Assembly: GCA_951406725.2 (NCBI GenBank)
Contig: OX597817.1
Coordinates: 41,292,001-41,356,000, forward strand
Direction of reading: 5' to 3'
From: Octopus vulgaris
Taxonomy: Eukaryota
DNA length: 64,000 nt
A program made the position numbers and the translations under genes. Shown piece by piece: positions 52,338 through 64,000 of this stretch (position 1 is its first letter; the number at the start of each line of letters is the position of its first letter). The notes below the pieces were generated by a model, which was not told the origin of the DNA, did not search any database, and was given only the letters and a program-made list of their open reading frames with translations.

Positions 52338-53007
52338 ATGTATAGGTAACATGGCTTATTAATACTGCTTCAGTCACTTCTAATTATTTTTTAATATGCT
52401 CACTGGCTATTTGCAACACCAATGCCTGATTAGGTACTGAGGTTTTATGTATGTCGCTAGTGGAGGCATTGCTGATATTTCCAGCAGTTGGGTGTCTACC
52501 ATTGCCAAGGCCAAGGAAAGTTGAAATCATGTGATCTGGTAGTCTCAAGGGTGATGGTGGTTGACTTATCTCCTCCTGGCGATATAAACAAAAGGGCTTG
52601 TATGCTCCAAAATTCCTCAAGATAGTTTCTATGATAATTATCAGTGTTCTAACACAGCATCCACTTTTAAGTGGGGATAAATATTACCTTTATATATATA
52701 TATATATATACCGTCTGACTGGCCCTCGTGCTGGTGGCATGTAAAAACACCCACTACACTCACAGAGTGGTTGGCATTAGGAAGAGCATCCAGCTGTAGA
52801 AACTCTGCTAGATCAAGATTGGAGCCTGGTACAGCCATCTGGTTCGCCAGTCCTCAGTCAAATCATCCAACCCATGCTAGCATGGAAAGTGGACGTTAAA
52901 CAATGATGATGATGATGATATATATATATATGTGCGTGTGTGTGTGTATGTGCGTGTGAGTGTGTATGTATATATTTGTATACACATACATCATACACAC
53001 ACACTTA

Positions 53008-53227
53008 CATGAGGGGGTGCTGAAAAGTTCCTGGCTTTCAGGGTATCGTGAAAAGCCTGGGTGGAGACCCAGCCTTCCGAGTTCTTTTACAGGGCTGAGA
53101 AAAACTGAAGGTCCACTGCAATAAGTGTGTAAATCTGAGAGGGAAATATGTTGAATAAAATCATAATTAACTGATCCTCCTGTATTTTCTTTTACCCAAA
53201 GCCAGGAACTTTTCAGCACTACTCATG
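53008..53227. mobile_element. Mariner-type MITE
   Basis: TIRs CATGAGGGGGTGCTGAAAAGTTCCTGGCTTT / AAAGCCAGGAACTTTTCAGCACTACTCATG; second copy at about 2021-2225. Confidence 0.8.
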
Positions 53228-56200
53228 CACGCACACGCACATGATGGGCTTCAGCACAGTTTCTGCCAAACAAGTTTCACTCACAAGATATTGGTCAACC
53301 AAAGACCTACAGCATGCAGAACCACATGGTTGCATTGTAAACTTCTTAATCATATAGCCGTACCAACTCCGATGTTCTTATATTTTAAGATAACATATTG
53401 AAATATCCCATGAGGTCCAAAGGTAATACTAAACAAAATACAGAATCATAGAATCAATAACCAAGTGTTCTATTAAAAAGAGGTGCAGAAAGAACGAAGA
53501 ATATTTAGCAAAAATTTTTATTGCTAACATAACCACCATCACCAAATAACTTTACGTCTCAATTCCCATGATGGCATAACAAGACTCATTTTATGTGAAG
53601 TAACAATGTAGATAGAATTGAAAAGTAAAACATCTCAGAGCATAATAATAGAGGGGGAGTATAATAAGAACAGTAACGTGAACAACACTAATATGTTATT
53701 GTTGTACTTATTATTATTATTATTTATCGAATGAAAATGCCAGCACTTTACTATAAATGGGTAAACTGCTAACTATGAAGAAACTTGCAGAGTGATTTAG
53801 CATTTGTCAATGACAATTGCCAAGAAAGTATGTTCTATGATGGCCCATTAAATGGAAATCACTTAATGGAAAATGCCATATCTTGGTATAAGCAGCTTTT
53901 CTTTGACAAACTAAACTTGTCTCAATATTTCTAGATATATATTCAACTCCGCATGATCAACAAATAAGAAAATGACAAATCTTTCAATAAAAGAGAATGA
54001 AGACCGCACTGAAATATGATGTGCATTTTTATTTTGTTTTTTTGTGGGCTATTAAATTTTTTTTTAAAATTTATTTTTTGCATGACAGTATTTTATTTTC
54101 TGTTCTGCAATTAAAAAGAAATTTGTATTATATTGGAGACTTTTAAGGAAATTCATTCTTAACATGAGATATTGTAAGCAAGAAAAATATAGTAAATTTT
54201 TCACTGTCAATACACTACTTAAAAGTGATTTTGTTTAAGTCAGTGTGTGTGTGTGTGTGGTGTGTGTATAAAAGTGAGAAATATTTTGAAAAAGATGATG
54301 TTTTTAATAAAAGACTAGTCACTTAAAAATGTGCCTGTTTTAACCATTCTAAATTCCAATACTGCCACAGTAATCCTTCCCTATTCACAACAAGGCCATC
54401 TTTAAAATTCATCATTAAAGAAGAGGAAAGGGCCTTGAAAGAAAGTAGAAGCACGTGATATGAAAGCCACAACAAATTGCATAAAATGGTCTCTGTAGTG
54501 AACACAAATACTTTATAGACACAAGGAAGCCCAACAATAAAGCCACTGGAGTAAATTGCACATGAAACTTCACAGAAATATGAATGGGGGAAAAACCCAT
54601 AATTGCAGAACATCAAGTGATGTAATTAAAACAATCTGGGATTAATCATTACATTAATGAAAATGATATCAGATAGTATTTCAATGAACTCTTAGGCAGG
54701 ATGTAAACTGAGTTTGCTATTCAAAACGCCATCAAATTTTATTTCAATGACTTTCGGGTCACAGAACATGAAAGAATCAATGGAAATTATTCAAACGCTT
54801 ACAACAACAACAACAACTGATGGTAATAAATTCTGATTCAGTTAGGAGAAAATAGGTAAAAATGAATACATTTGCAATAAATGCCTATCTAACATCTCCC
54901 ATATGATAATAGTAGTAATAATAATAACAATAATAATAGTGATAATAATAACAATAATCATAATAATAATAATGAATTACCAATGTTTGTTATGTTTAAT
55001 TAATTCACTGGTACCTTCTCTAAGTTCCCACCCCTTATATTCAACAAGATACTTTAAAAGCTATGTTATACAACATACTAACAAATATTCACAAACTTCC
55101 TTGTTTTTTCTCTTTAAGATTTTAACAATGAAGACTTTGAATTCATTGTATGTTGTCATAAATTGTATATACCATTTTCAATTTATTAATGTTCAGATTG
55201 AAGTTTTAGCTAAAAATCATTAAAGCGAACTAATAGAATGTAAAGAAAATGAAACAAAATAATAATGATAGTAAAAATAAAAAAATAAAAATCACCAAGA
55301 AAATTTGTTCTATTTCATTGGAACCCAAACCGACAAAATTATTGATCTGGTCTCTCAATTCTGTAATTTGAAACAGGCAAGTGCAGAATAAAAATCAACA
55401 GAGAGAAAAAAAGTTTTTCTTGCATTGGCTTCAAAAAGTTACTCAGACATCTAATGCTGCAGTAGTTGGTTGTGTTAAGAGAGGAATAATTTTTGCCAAA
55501 GCTAGCTACAAGTCAGTGTTGAAATTAAGAAAGAGAGAAAGAAAGAAAGACAGACAGCTAAAAAGCTGTTGAAGATAGTTTAGCTGAATCAATCCTTAAT
55601 GGTGACATTTAAAATATATTTCAAAGAAGTTCTTTGGGTTGGAAAGATGAATGAAGGTTTTTTTTTCTTCTTTTAAATAAAATAAAAGAAATTAAAAAAA
55701 GATATAGAAATAAGACCATGGAATGAGAAATATAAAACAAAAATGTAGCCACAAACGAAATAAACTTATCTATTCTCATTAATGAAAAAGATATAAATAT
55801 AAATTTAAGATACATTTTATAGAAGGGGAAAATTATTTCTGATTTGAACTTTAGCTACAATAATATGCCATACTTATTTCCATAAGCAATTTTGTTTTGA
55901 AAAATGTAGATAAAGTCGATATACCTTAATTCTTTGTAGGAAACTATAAAGATAATATGGCAGGTGTCAAAACAAAAGATCTATGACATTCAGTAGGAGA
56001 TTTCTTCTTTGTTTTACCTCTCACTTTCGACAATCCCAAACATAGACACATTTGGCACTAAGCAGAGATTGCATATTTAGAATCTGACAACAACTGTTCG
56101 TTCATCTTTAATTTTTTTTTCTGTGAGTAGCAAATGTCTGTCTGTGGTGGATATAACACAACAAACAAATGGGAAGCCAGTTTCACTCAGCTGGATATTA

Positions 56201-56939
56201 CACATGCTTTTTCCCAACAGCACTTATTCTCAGGTACAAAGTGGTACTCGTATTTGAGAAAAAGAGAAACACTGGAAGGATGCCCTGCAAGATAGTTCCA
56301 TGAAAGCTTCAGTGTACATTTTTCAATGGAAAATCTTGGCACATGCACTAATAATGATTTCTGTTATCTTGTAATTTATGCATCAAAGCAATAAAGCCTT
56401 TGAAATCCTAATGGCACCATACTGAGAACAAATTAAGTAAAAAGGAAGGGAAAACAAAGAAAGTCTTGGCTGAAAAAAAAAATCACCAATTTTCCTACCA
56501 TCACAGAAAAACTTCAAAATTAAACAAATTTCCCAAGTGCATGAAAACCTAATAAAATGTCAACCAGTTTCAAGGAACTGATTCCTTGATACTAAAATTT
56601 TAAGAAATATTCAGGTTAATTCAGAATCCCTCAAATCTTTTCAAACATAGCACAAAAGTGTTCCAATTTTTTTCTGATATTAAATTTACTCAGATTTCAG
56701 AACATAAATAACACTCCAAATAAAAACAAAAAACTCTACCATCTATAATATTTAAAATGGTTTGATACTGTATAATTTTTTAAGTATATTCTGAATTTAT
56801 AAACCTGAGATAAATTTTGTTTAATATGTGGGAAACTGAGAGAATTAATTTCTTATTGAGCCCAAACTTTTTTTTATACCTTTATGTTTTTGGGATTATG
56901 TGCAAAATTGTTGTTAATCTCTTAAAAAAAGTCTGTCTT

Positions 56940-56974
<35 letters not shown>

Positions 56975-58456
56975 CACATGTACAGTTAATCTGGTCACTT
57001 GTTAAATTCATAGTGTACCAACATACATCTTTCAAATAATTGGCTTAGTTAAATATACGTGAAGACATATGGCCTAGCAGTTAGGGAGTATTGGGCCCTC
57101 AGTCAGAAGCTTATGTGTTTGACTTCTGGAGTGGGGCACATTGTGTTCTTGGGTGATTGTCCTGGTTTACTCAGCTATAAATGAGTACCAACTAATTGCC
57201 AGTGCAAACAATTTCTCTTTTCAGCTGTCACATTCCTGATGTTTTGAGTCAAGGATTGGAGAATTAAGAAAGTGTCTTTCTGCTCACAACACAGGCACCT
57301 AAAATAGTTAGTGAAGCATGGCATATGGCACTGAGTCATACTTTTAAGTGATGGCTGTAGTTCTTTTTTTATTTGTACATAATAAATGTTATTTTCAAAC
57401 TTTCCCCTCCTCTGAAATTACTGACATATTGTCAATAATTTAAGAGAAGGAGTAAGTTGATTATGTTGACCCCAGTGCTTGACTGGTATCTGTTTTACTA
57501 ACCCTGAAAGGATGAAAAGCAGAGGTGACCTTGGCAGAACCCTCAACATAACAAATATTAACATTTGACTCCCTAATAGCACATTTCTTTATGCTAACAA
57601 GTTCAGAGATTCTCTCACTTTCACAATAAGTAACTTTAGCATTAATTCAACTATTGTAAATTATGAAATTTAAATACTTCTTTTTTTAAAAACATAATAC
57701 ACAATAGCTTTAAAGTTTAAGATTTCAAAGGTAAGTTTTTAATAATTACTTTGATATTATAAAACATGACACTGAACTTGGTAAAAGCTTGTAGAGTTTA
57801 CACTAACAGTTTGCCTTCTTGAGTCAGTGGATTAGCAAACTTCACAAATTTGTTTCGGCTAATCTTTATCAGTAGTAGGATCCTAATTTCATTAAAATGA
57901 ATTTGGTAACAGACTCTTTTCTGATAGAAGTCATCTCTGAAACATACTTTCACATGATGTATTCCTAACTTCTTCCTTCCATTCCCCTCATTTTCAAAAT
58001 ATGCTGGTGTTAATTCTATTCCCTGTCTCTCAGCTATCCCTGCCCTCTATTAACACTTCTTTCGTCTCCATTCTCTTACAAATCCCAGTTATATTTCCTT
58101 CACCACCAGTTGCTAAAAGATTTTGCCTGAAACACAGGATGTCTCTAATTCTTGGCATAAAATTTATTCCACTGTTCTTTTCTTTACCAGTTTTATTTCT
58201 GAATTCATAAGGGGATAAATTAAGTGTTGCTGATCTTACAATATAAACTGTAGGAACTCTCATCACCGCTTTGACATCAAAGTCCAAGTGCCATTTCAGA
58301 TTTCTAGAACAGTGAGATGACATCTGATCCCAAAAGTTTATTCCACTCAGGAAAGAATTAGAAACAATTATAAATTCTAGTCATAAATCACTCGATATCA
58401 TACATAGCAGCAATACTCATGACTCCAAGCATACTAACACGACAGCTTGCCAAATA

Positions 58457-58678
58457 TTGGGTTGTCCAGAAAGTTCATGCCGATTTATAGTAGCTTACCT
58501 TTCAACTTACCCTCCCAGGCACCTCAATTCTGGGAAGAGAGTATTTTCAAGTTAAAGGAAAGATTGTGCAACAAAATGGTTCATATTTGGTTGATTAAAA
58601 ATGTAATGGAAAGTATTTATTGACCTTCCCATTTTTTCTTTCCTTTAATAATTGGCATAAACTTTCCGGACAACCTAA
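58457..58678 (+). mobile_element. Mariner-derived MITE
   Basis: TIRs TTGGGTTGTCCAGAAAGTTCATGCC / GGCATAAACTTTCCGGACAACCTAA, TA on both sides. Confidence 0.85.
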
Positions 58679-61600
58679 TAAAAATAAAAGTTCACAGACG
58701 TGATCTAAAACTATTCTAATTTTTTTCATGATCAATTGGTATTTTCCTGCACTATAGCCCTGCAGTACCACATGCACTTGTTTACTTTCTTAACACATAC
58801 AGGAACAAATTAAAGGAACCATGCCAATTGTCTTAGAACATCTTGTAATTGTTGCTAAATAAATTTTTTGATAACTTTGTGATAACATTTTAATAGTTGG
58901 GTCACTGCCACTGATTTCATATCTGATGTACTGTTGTATATATTTGTAGATTTGTTGCAGACTGTTTTCTTAGAAAGAGGATGTGAAAACCCCATATATA
59001 AAACCATGTTATAGGCTCAAAATGTGCAGCACACACACACTGGCAAATGATTGAGCTTGTAAGGTAGTTGGTTGTGCCATTCTATCAAGTATATGAATAT
59101 TGGCGTTGCAAACAAATATATGATGATGGTGTATATCACCTTCAAAGATAATCATAATTCAATTCTGCTACAAAACTAACTTTACTGTGACAATGCACAT
59201 GTTTATGTCTGTTTAAACTTCTCAATTATTAATGCACAGATTTGTTGGAAGAAACGTTACAAAATTTTTGTCTTTGTGAAAAATGACAAGAATCTTAATC
59301 ATGGAAACTTTGAACAAAAAAAAAAAAAAAATTAGAAGGCTGGTTTCAAGTTGCGTGTCATTGAAAATGCTGAAGAGCATGAAATTGGTGGTGAGAGAGA
59401 ATTTTACATGCTGAAGCTGAAAATTACCAAAAGACTGGTGGAAACACTCAAGAAAATGCCAAAAACAGAATGCATTGGATGATATACTGTGTTCCCATAT
59501 GAGAAATTGAAGAAAGATTTATGTATACTTAGGTGTGTAAATTATGCACAAACAGACTTGTCATCTGCATTGCTATTAGAACAAAAGCATTCATTATGAC
59601 CATCTATCCATATAAATAAATATGATATTACTCAAAAGTTCCACACTTTAGCTGGGTGGTCTATGAGATTCATTATTAACATTTTTTAACATTCATTTTC
59701 CATGCTGGCATGGGTTGGTTAGAGTCTGACAAGCTGCAGAGCTGTGTCAGGCCCCAATGTCAGCTTCGTCAGGGCTCTATGGTTGGATGCCCTTCCAAAC
59801 ACTAACCACTTTTACAGTGTGTACTGGAAACCTTTTTCATGACAAGCAAGGTTACCAAGTAACTTGCAAGACAAAATAAAGAAAAGAAAAGAAAAAAAAA
59901 TCCCTCTTGGCTGAATGGGAGTGTATTTGAAAAAGGGAGAGGTTATTTCATCCCAGGTGTTGAAGGCTAAAGTATGACAGAGGGACAAGCATCATCATCA
60001 TCATCATCATTTAATAGCTGTTTCACATGCTGGCATGGGTTGGGCAACTTGACAGGGATTGGCTAGGCAGAAGACTGCACCAGGTTTCACTGTCTGTTTT
60101 GGCAGGGTTTCCAAACACAACCACCTTATAGAGCACAAACAGAAATAGGCTAACGTTATGTTAATCAAACCACAATGCAAAAAAAGTTACCAAATGATGT
60201 TCTCAATGAAGTATAGTGATTTCATAAATTTGTCATCACTAAAAGTAAATATTATGGATATAAGCAGTCAACAATAGGAAACTTGGCTGAAACCCCAATG
60301 CTTCTTCACATGCCTTGTAATAACAACAATGAACCTTAGCAACAACTTTTTCTTTTTTTATGTAACTTGTCCCAAACAAGGCTTGAGGCCACTGAAGTGT
60401 AAGGGACAACAAAGAAAGAAAAGAAGGGGCTTACAAATTCAAAAGATGTTGATTGACAGAGGATGGTCATGAGTTGTAGAGAGCTGTAGTTCAAGGAAAA
60501 ACGCTATTAGAACAAAAGGACTTATGACCAACAGGGAGGCCATCAGAGAAACAATGAGAAAGAGGCGGGGTCAATGTGTTTAAAGGTCTTGAGAGAGGGC
60601 ATGAGACCAGGAAGTGGATCAGAGCAATGACCATGGAAATACAGAAAAGTCAGTAGTTTTAGCATGCTTAGTAGATAGGAAAAAAACTTTATATTATTGG
60701 TAGTATTTAAAAGACTAGCATAGTCTTTTGAATATACATATACATAGACACAAGCATGGCTGTGTGGTTAAGAAGCTTGCTTCCTTACCACATTGTTTCA
60801 GGTTCAGTCTCACTGCATGGCAGCTAAGGCAAGTGTCTTTTATAGCCCCAGGCTGACCAAAGCCTTGTGAATGGATTTGGTAGATGGAAACTGAAAGAAG
60901 CCCATCATGTGTATGTGTGAGTGTGTGTGTTGTAAATGAGTGGCCATAGAGAAATAGGATCTCTCTTGGAAGCAGGGAAGGGCTGGCAACAGGAAGGGCA
61001 TCCAGCCATAGACAAATCTTGCTCAGTAAACTCCATCTAACCAACCAATGAAAGCATAGAATAGCAGATGTTAAAGTGATGACGATAATTACATGTCTGG
61101 TTGCATGGTTAAGGAATTTGCTTCGCATGAGAAAATCAATTACCAATATACCAATGTAGAGGAATGTTACTACTCCTCTACACCATACTATGGAAAACAG
61201 AGGTAAGTAATGGATCAATGTGACTGAAAAAAATTTCACTCTGGCGAGCTTCTTAATTACTTGCAGTTTTGCATTATGAATAAAGTGTTACCAAAATTAA
61301 CGGTACTCTGAGTTTACTATTATAAATGATAGCACACTGGATTGCAATAGGCTTTGGTTTCAAATTTCCCGAAGCACAACTCATTGTGTCTCAGATAATA
61401 CAATTACACATTATATATTCACAACTCCAGTGTTTACATGCCTGGTAGAAACAAACAGCAAAAACAATGCATCGGGAACTTTGTAAAGTTATTATCAAAA
61501 AATATTTGTGCATGAGCAGTATCAACTTATTAATAATGAAGTCATTCTTTAGAAACGAGAGGAATTACTACTCTAAGCTGTTTCCATGAAATGTAAACTG

Positions 61601-62116
61601 AACACCGAAACCTAAGTACAAACATACGAATGTTATAAAAGATGTGAAAGAGTGCAATGAAGATGTACCAGAACAATGATGCAGATAATGATATTTTTTT
61701 TTTCATTTCTACTGGTTCCCTCTGGAAGCTGCAGATCATATCATGTTTTCCTTTTTTTTTTTTTGTTTTAATTAGATTTTAACTTGCGAACACCTATTCA
61801 TGTATAATTGTTAGTAATTTATAATTCTTTTATCTTGCGTGATAAACAGTAAATTCGTCTCCTTTCAGAAATAAATAACTTCAAAATTGATCTGAGTGAA
61901 AACCTAATGAGAGTCATATTTGCTAAATAAGCCAAAAAAACAACAGAGAAAAAAAACCCAATGAAAACCATATTGATCAATAAATGTAACAAAGACAACC
62001 CAAATTTATCAGGGGGATAAGTGAAAATGTAATGCTGTCTCAGAATTTGCAACAGACTGCTTTATGTATCTCTAGTGTAAAAGGAGTATCACTATGCTAA
62101 GAGTACTATGAGCCTT

Positions 62117-62171
<55 letters not shown>

Positions 62172-62454
62172 TTTATTTATTAGGGAATAAAAATTCTGGT
62201 ATCACATTTGTCTGTTAATTACATTCGTAATTGTTAAAATATCAAAATATAGAAATTGGTATTGCATGATAATAAAGTTATCAAGAGTCCTGACGATTAG
62301 GGTAGGGTTTAAGAAATGTTCCTGTAAAAAACTGCATGTTTAAGGAACGGTAAAAGAACCTCAAGAAACACGTGTAGCAGAGAAATTTAGAAATGATTAA
62401 AATAAAATTCTTTTAAATGGTGTGATGTATATTAGGGGACTGCTATCTCCAAAT

Positions 62455-62498
<44 letters not shown>

Positions 62499-62503
62499 TG
62501 CAA

Positions 62504-62542
<39 letters not shown>

Positions 62543-63629
62543 CAATATTTATATTATTTATCATATATATATATTTAGGGGAAGGCAATTTATAATCTAG
62601 AAGACAACTGGTGGTTATATGAAGTCTCTAGTGACAGACAATGAGGTTTCCAACCAAAATTCATTTCAATCTTTTAAAATTAAGCAACATTCTGCCTAAT
62701 TCCCAAGGGATGTAGAGAGATACAAAGTTATTCGGTTATCGAAAATATGTTTCGATATTCTTTCAAAAATGGAAGTGTCTGTAGGTTTGAACTAATCAGG
62801 AATACACAAAAGTCTGTTGATTAAAACAAGGGATACATATAATGATATTATTACAGCTGAGTAACTGAACAGAAATTTAAATGAGTTCAGTCAGTTCCGA
62901 ACATTATTCTGTCCTCCTTTTGAAATGAAGCACGGAAGACATTCGGTACCTACATCTGTAGTACCAAGCCTTCATTGCTAATGAAGACATAACAGGAATG
63001 TTTTACATTAACTGCAAATGATAGCAACATTAATGCAGAGTCTATACAGCATTACTGATACTACTTACATTTTTCTGTTTAAATGTTAGAGATATATGTC
63101 AGTTGACAAGTGTGCAACAGATATATCAAAAATTGTTGTTGACATGTGTAGAAGTGACATCTACAGCTAGTGTAGTGGTGTGTGAGCAAGGAACAACAAA
63201 TGCTATTGACAAATGTCTGAGACATACCATACTTGTTTTCTTTTATCCTTTAGTCAGAAGGAAAGGCAGTGCTCATGGGATATGAGACATTTTGGCATAA
63301 CTGTTTTGGTGCTGCTTATTTGGCAGTGCTGATCTGTTACTGACTTATTTGACCCCTTTCTCCATCTCTCCTTCTCTTTACATGTATGAGGAATGGGAAA
63401 ATGTTTACATTCAATTGTGTACAATTGAGAAATTATAATGCCCCCACCTCTCTTTCTTTTTCTCTCTCTTTCACTCTCATTCTTTCTATCTGTATGTCCT
63501 TTCTTTTATCTTTCACTTGTTTCAATCATTAGACTGCGGTCATGCTGGAGCACTGCTTTAAGGAATTTTTAGTCGAATGAATTGACTCCAGTCTTTTTTT
63601 TTTTAAAGCTTTTTACATACTCCTTTACT

Positions 63630-63808
63630 CTTTTACTTGTTTCAGTCATTTGACTGTGGCCATGCTGGAGCACCACCTTTAGTCGAGCAAATCGACCCCA
63701 GGACTTATTCTATCAGTCTCTTTTGCCAAACAGCTAAGTTACAAGGGATGTAAACACACCAGCATCAGTTGTCAAGCAATGCTGGGGGGGGGGGGCACAG
63801 ATACACAC

Positions 63809-63858
<50 letters not shown>

Positions 63859-64000
63859 GGCTTCTTTCAGTTTCCATCTACCAAATCCACTCACAAGGCT
63901 TTGGTCGCCCCAAGGCTATAGTAGAAGACACTTGCCCAAGGTGCCATGTAATGGGAATGAACCCTGAATCATGTGGCTGGTAAGCAAGCTACTTACCACA
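63630..64000 (-). mobile_element. tRNA-derived SINE, family A (runs off the window)
   Basis: Same motifs. Confidence 0.8.

Noticed and set aside
58030-58323. 97-aa ORF on the KIF13 strand
   Set aside because: No recognisable motif; does not match the expected upstream motor exon (RTVAATNMNxxSSRSH).

Overview
Eukaryotic, AT-rich, repeat-dense DNA, very probably from an octopus (cephalopod-type tRNA-SINEs and a cephalopod-like mitochondrial 16S fragment). The window lies inside one minus-strand kinesin-3 gene (KIF13A/B-like). Four small GT-AG exons (46176-46288, 26369-26480, 25023-25235, 15930-16040) splice in frame and encode the switch-II/alpha4-alpha6 end of the motor, the neck and the first coiled coil; I found no further exons in the window. 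The rest is intron filled with SINEs, LINE remnants (CR1-like, RTE, R4/Dong-like), Tc1/mariner and hAT elements, MITEs and microsatellites. Nearly all ORF-track entries are repeat artefacts. Main observations: (1) a complete type I hammerhead ribozyme fold at 19934-20004, on the same strand as the KIF13 pre-mRNA; (2) a head-to-head pair of tRNA-headed elements with hammerhead-like tails forming a ~500 bp palindrome in the 1.1 kb motor-domain intron, plus several decayed hammerhead motifs; (3) a nest of hAT MITE > rosa/DD41D-like transposon > mitochondrial 16S NUMT; (4) several near-perfect intronic fold-backs. All calls were made by eye; no searches or folding programs were run.
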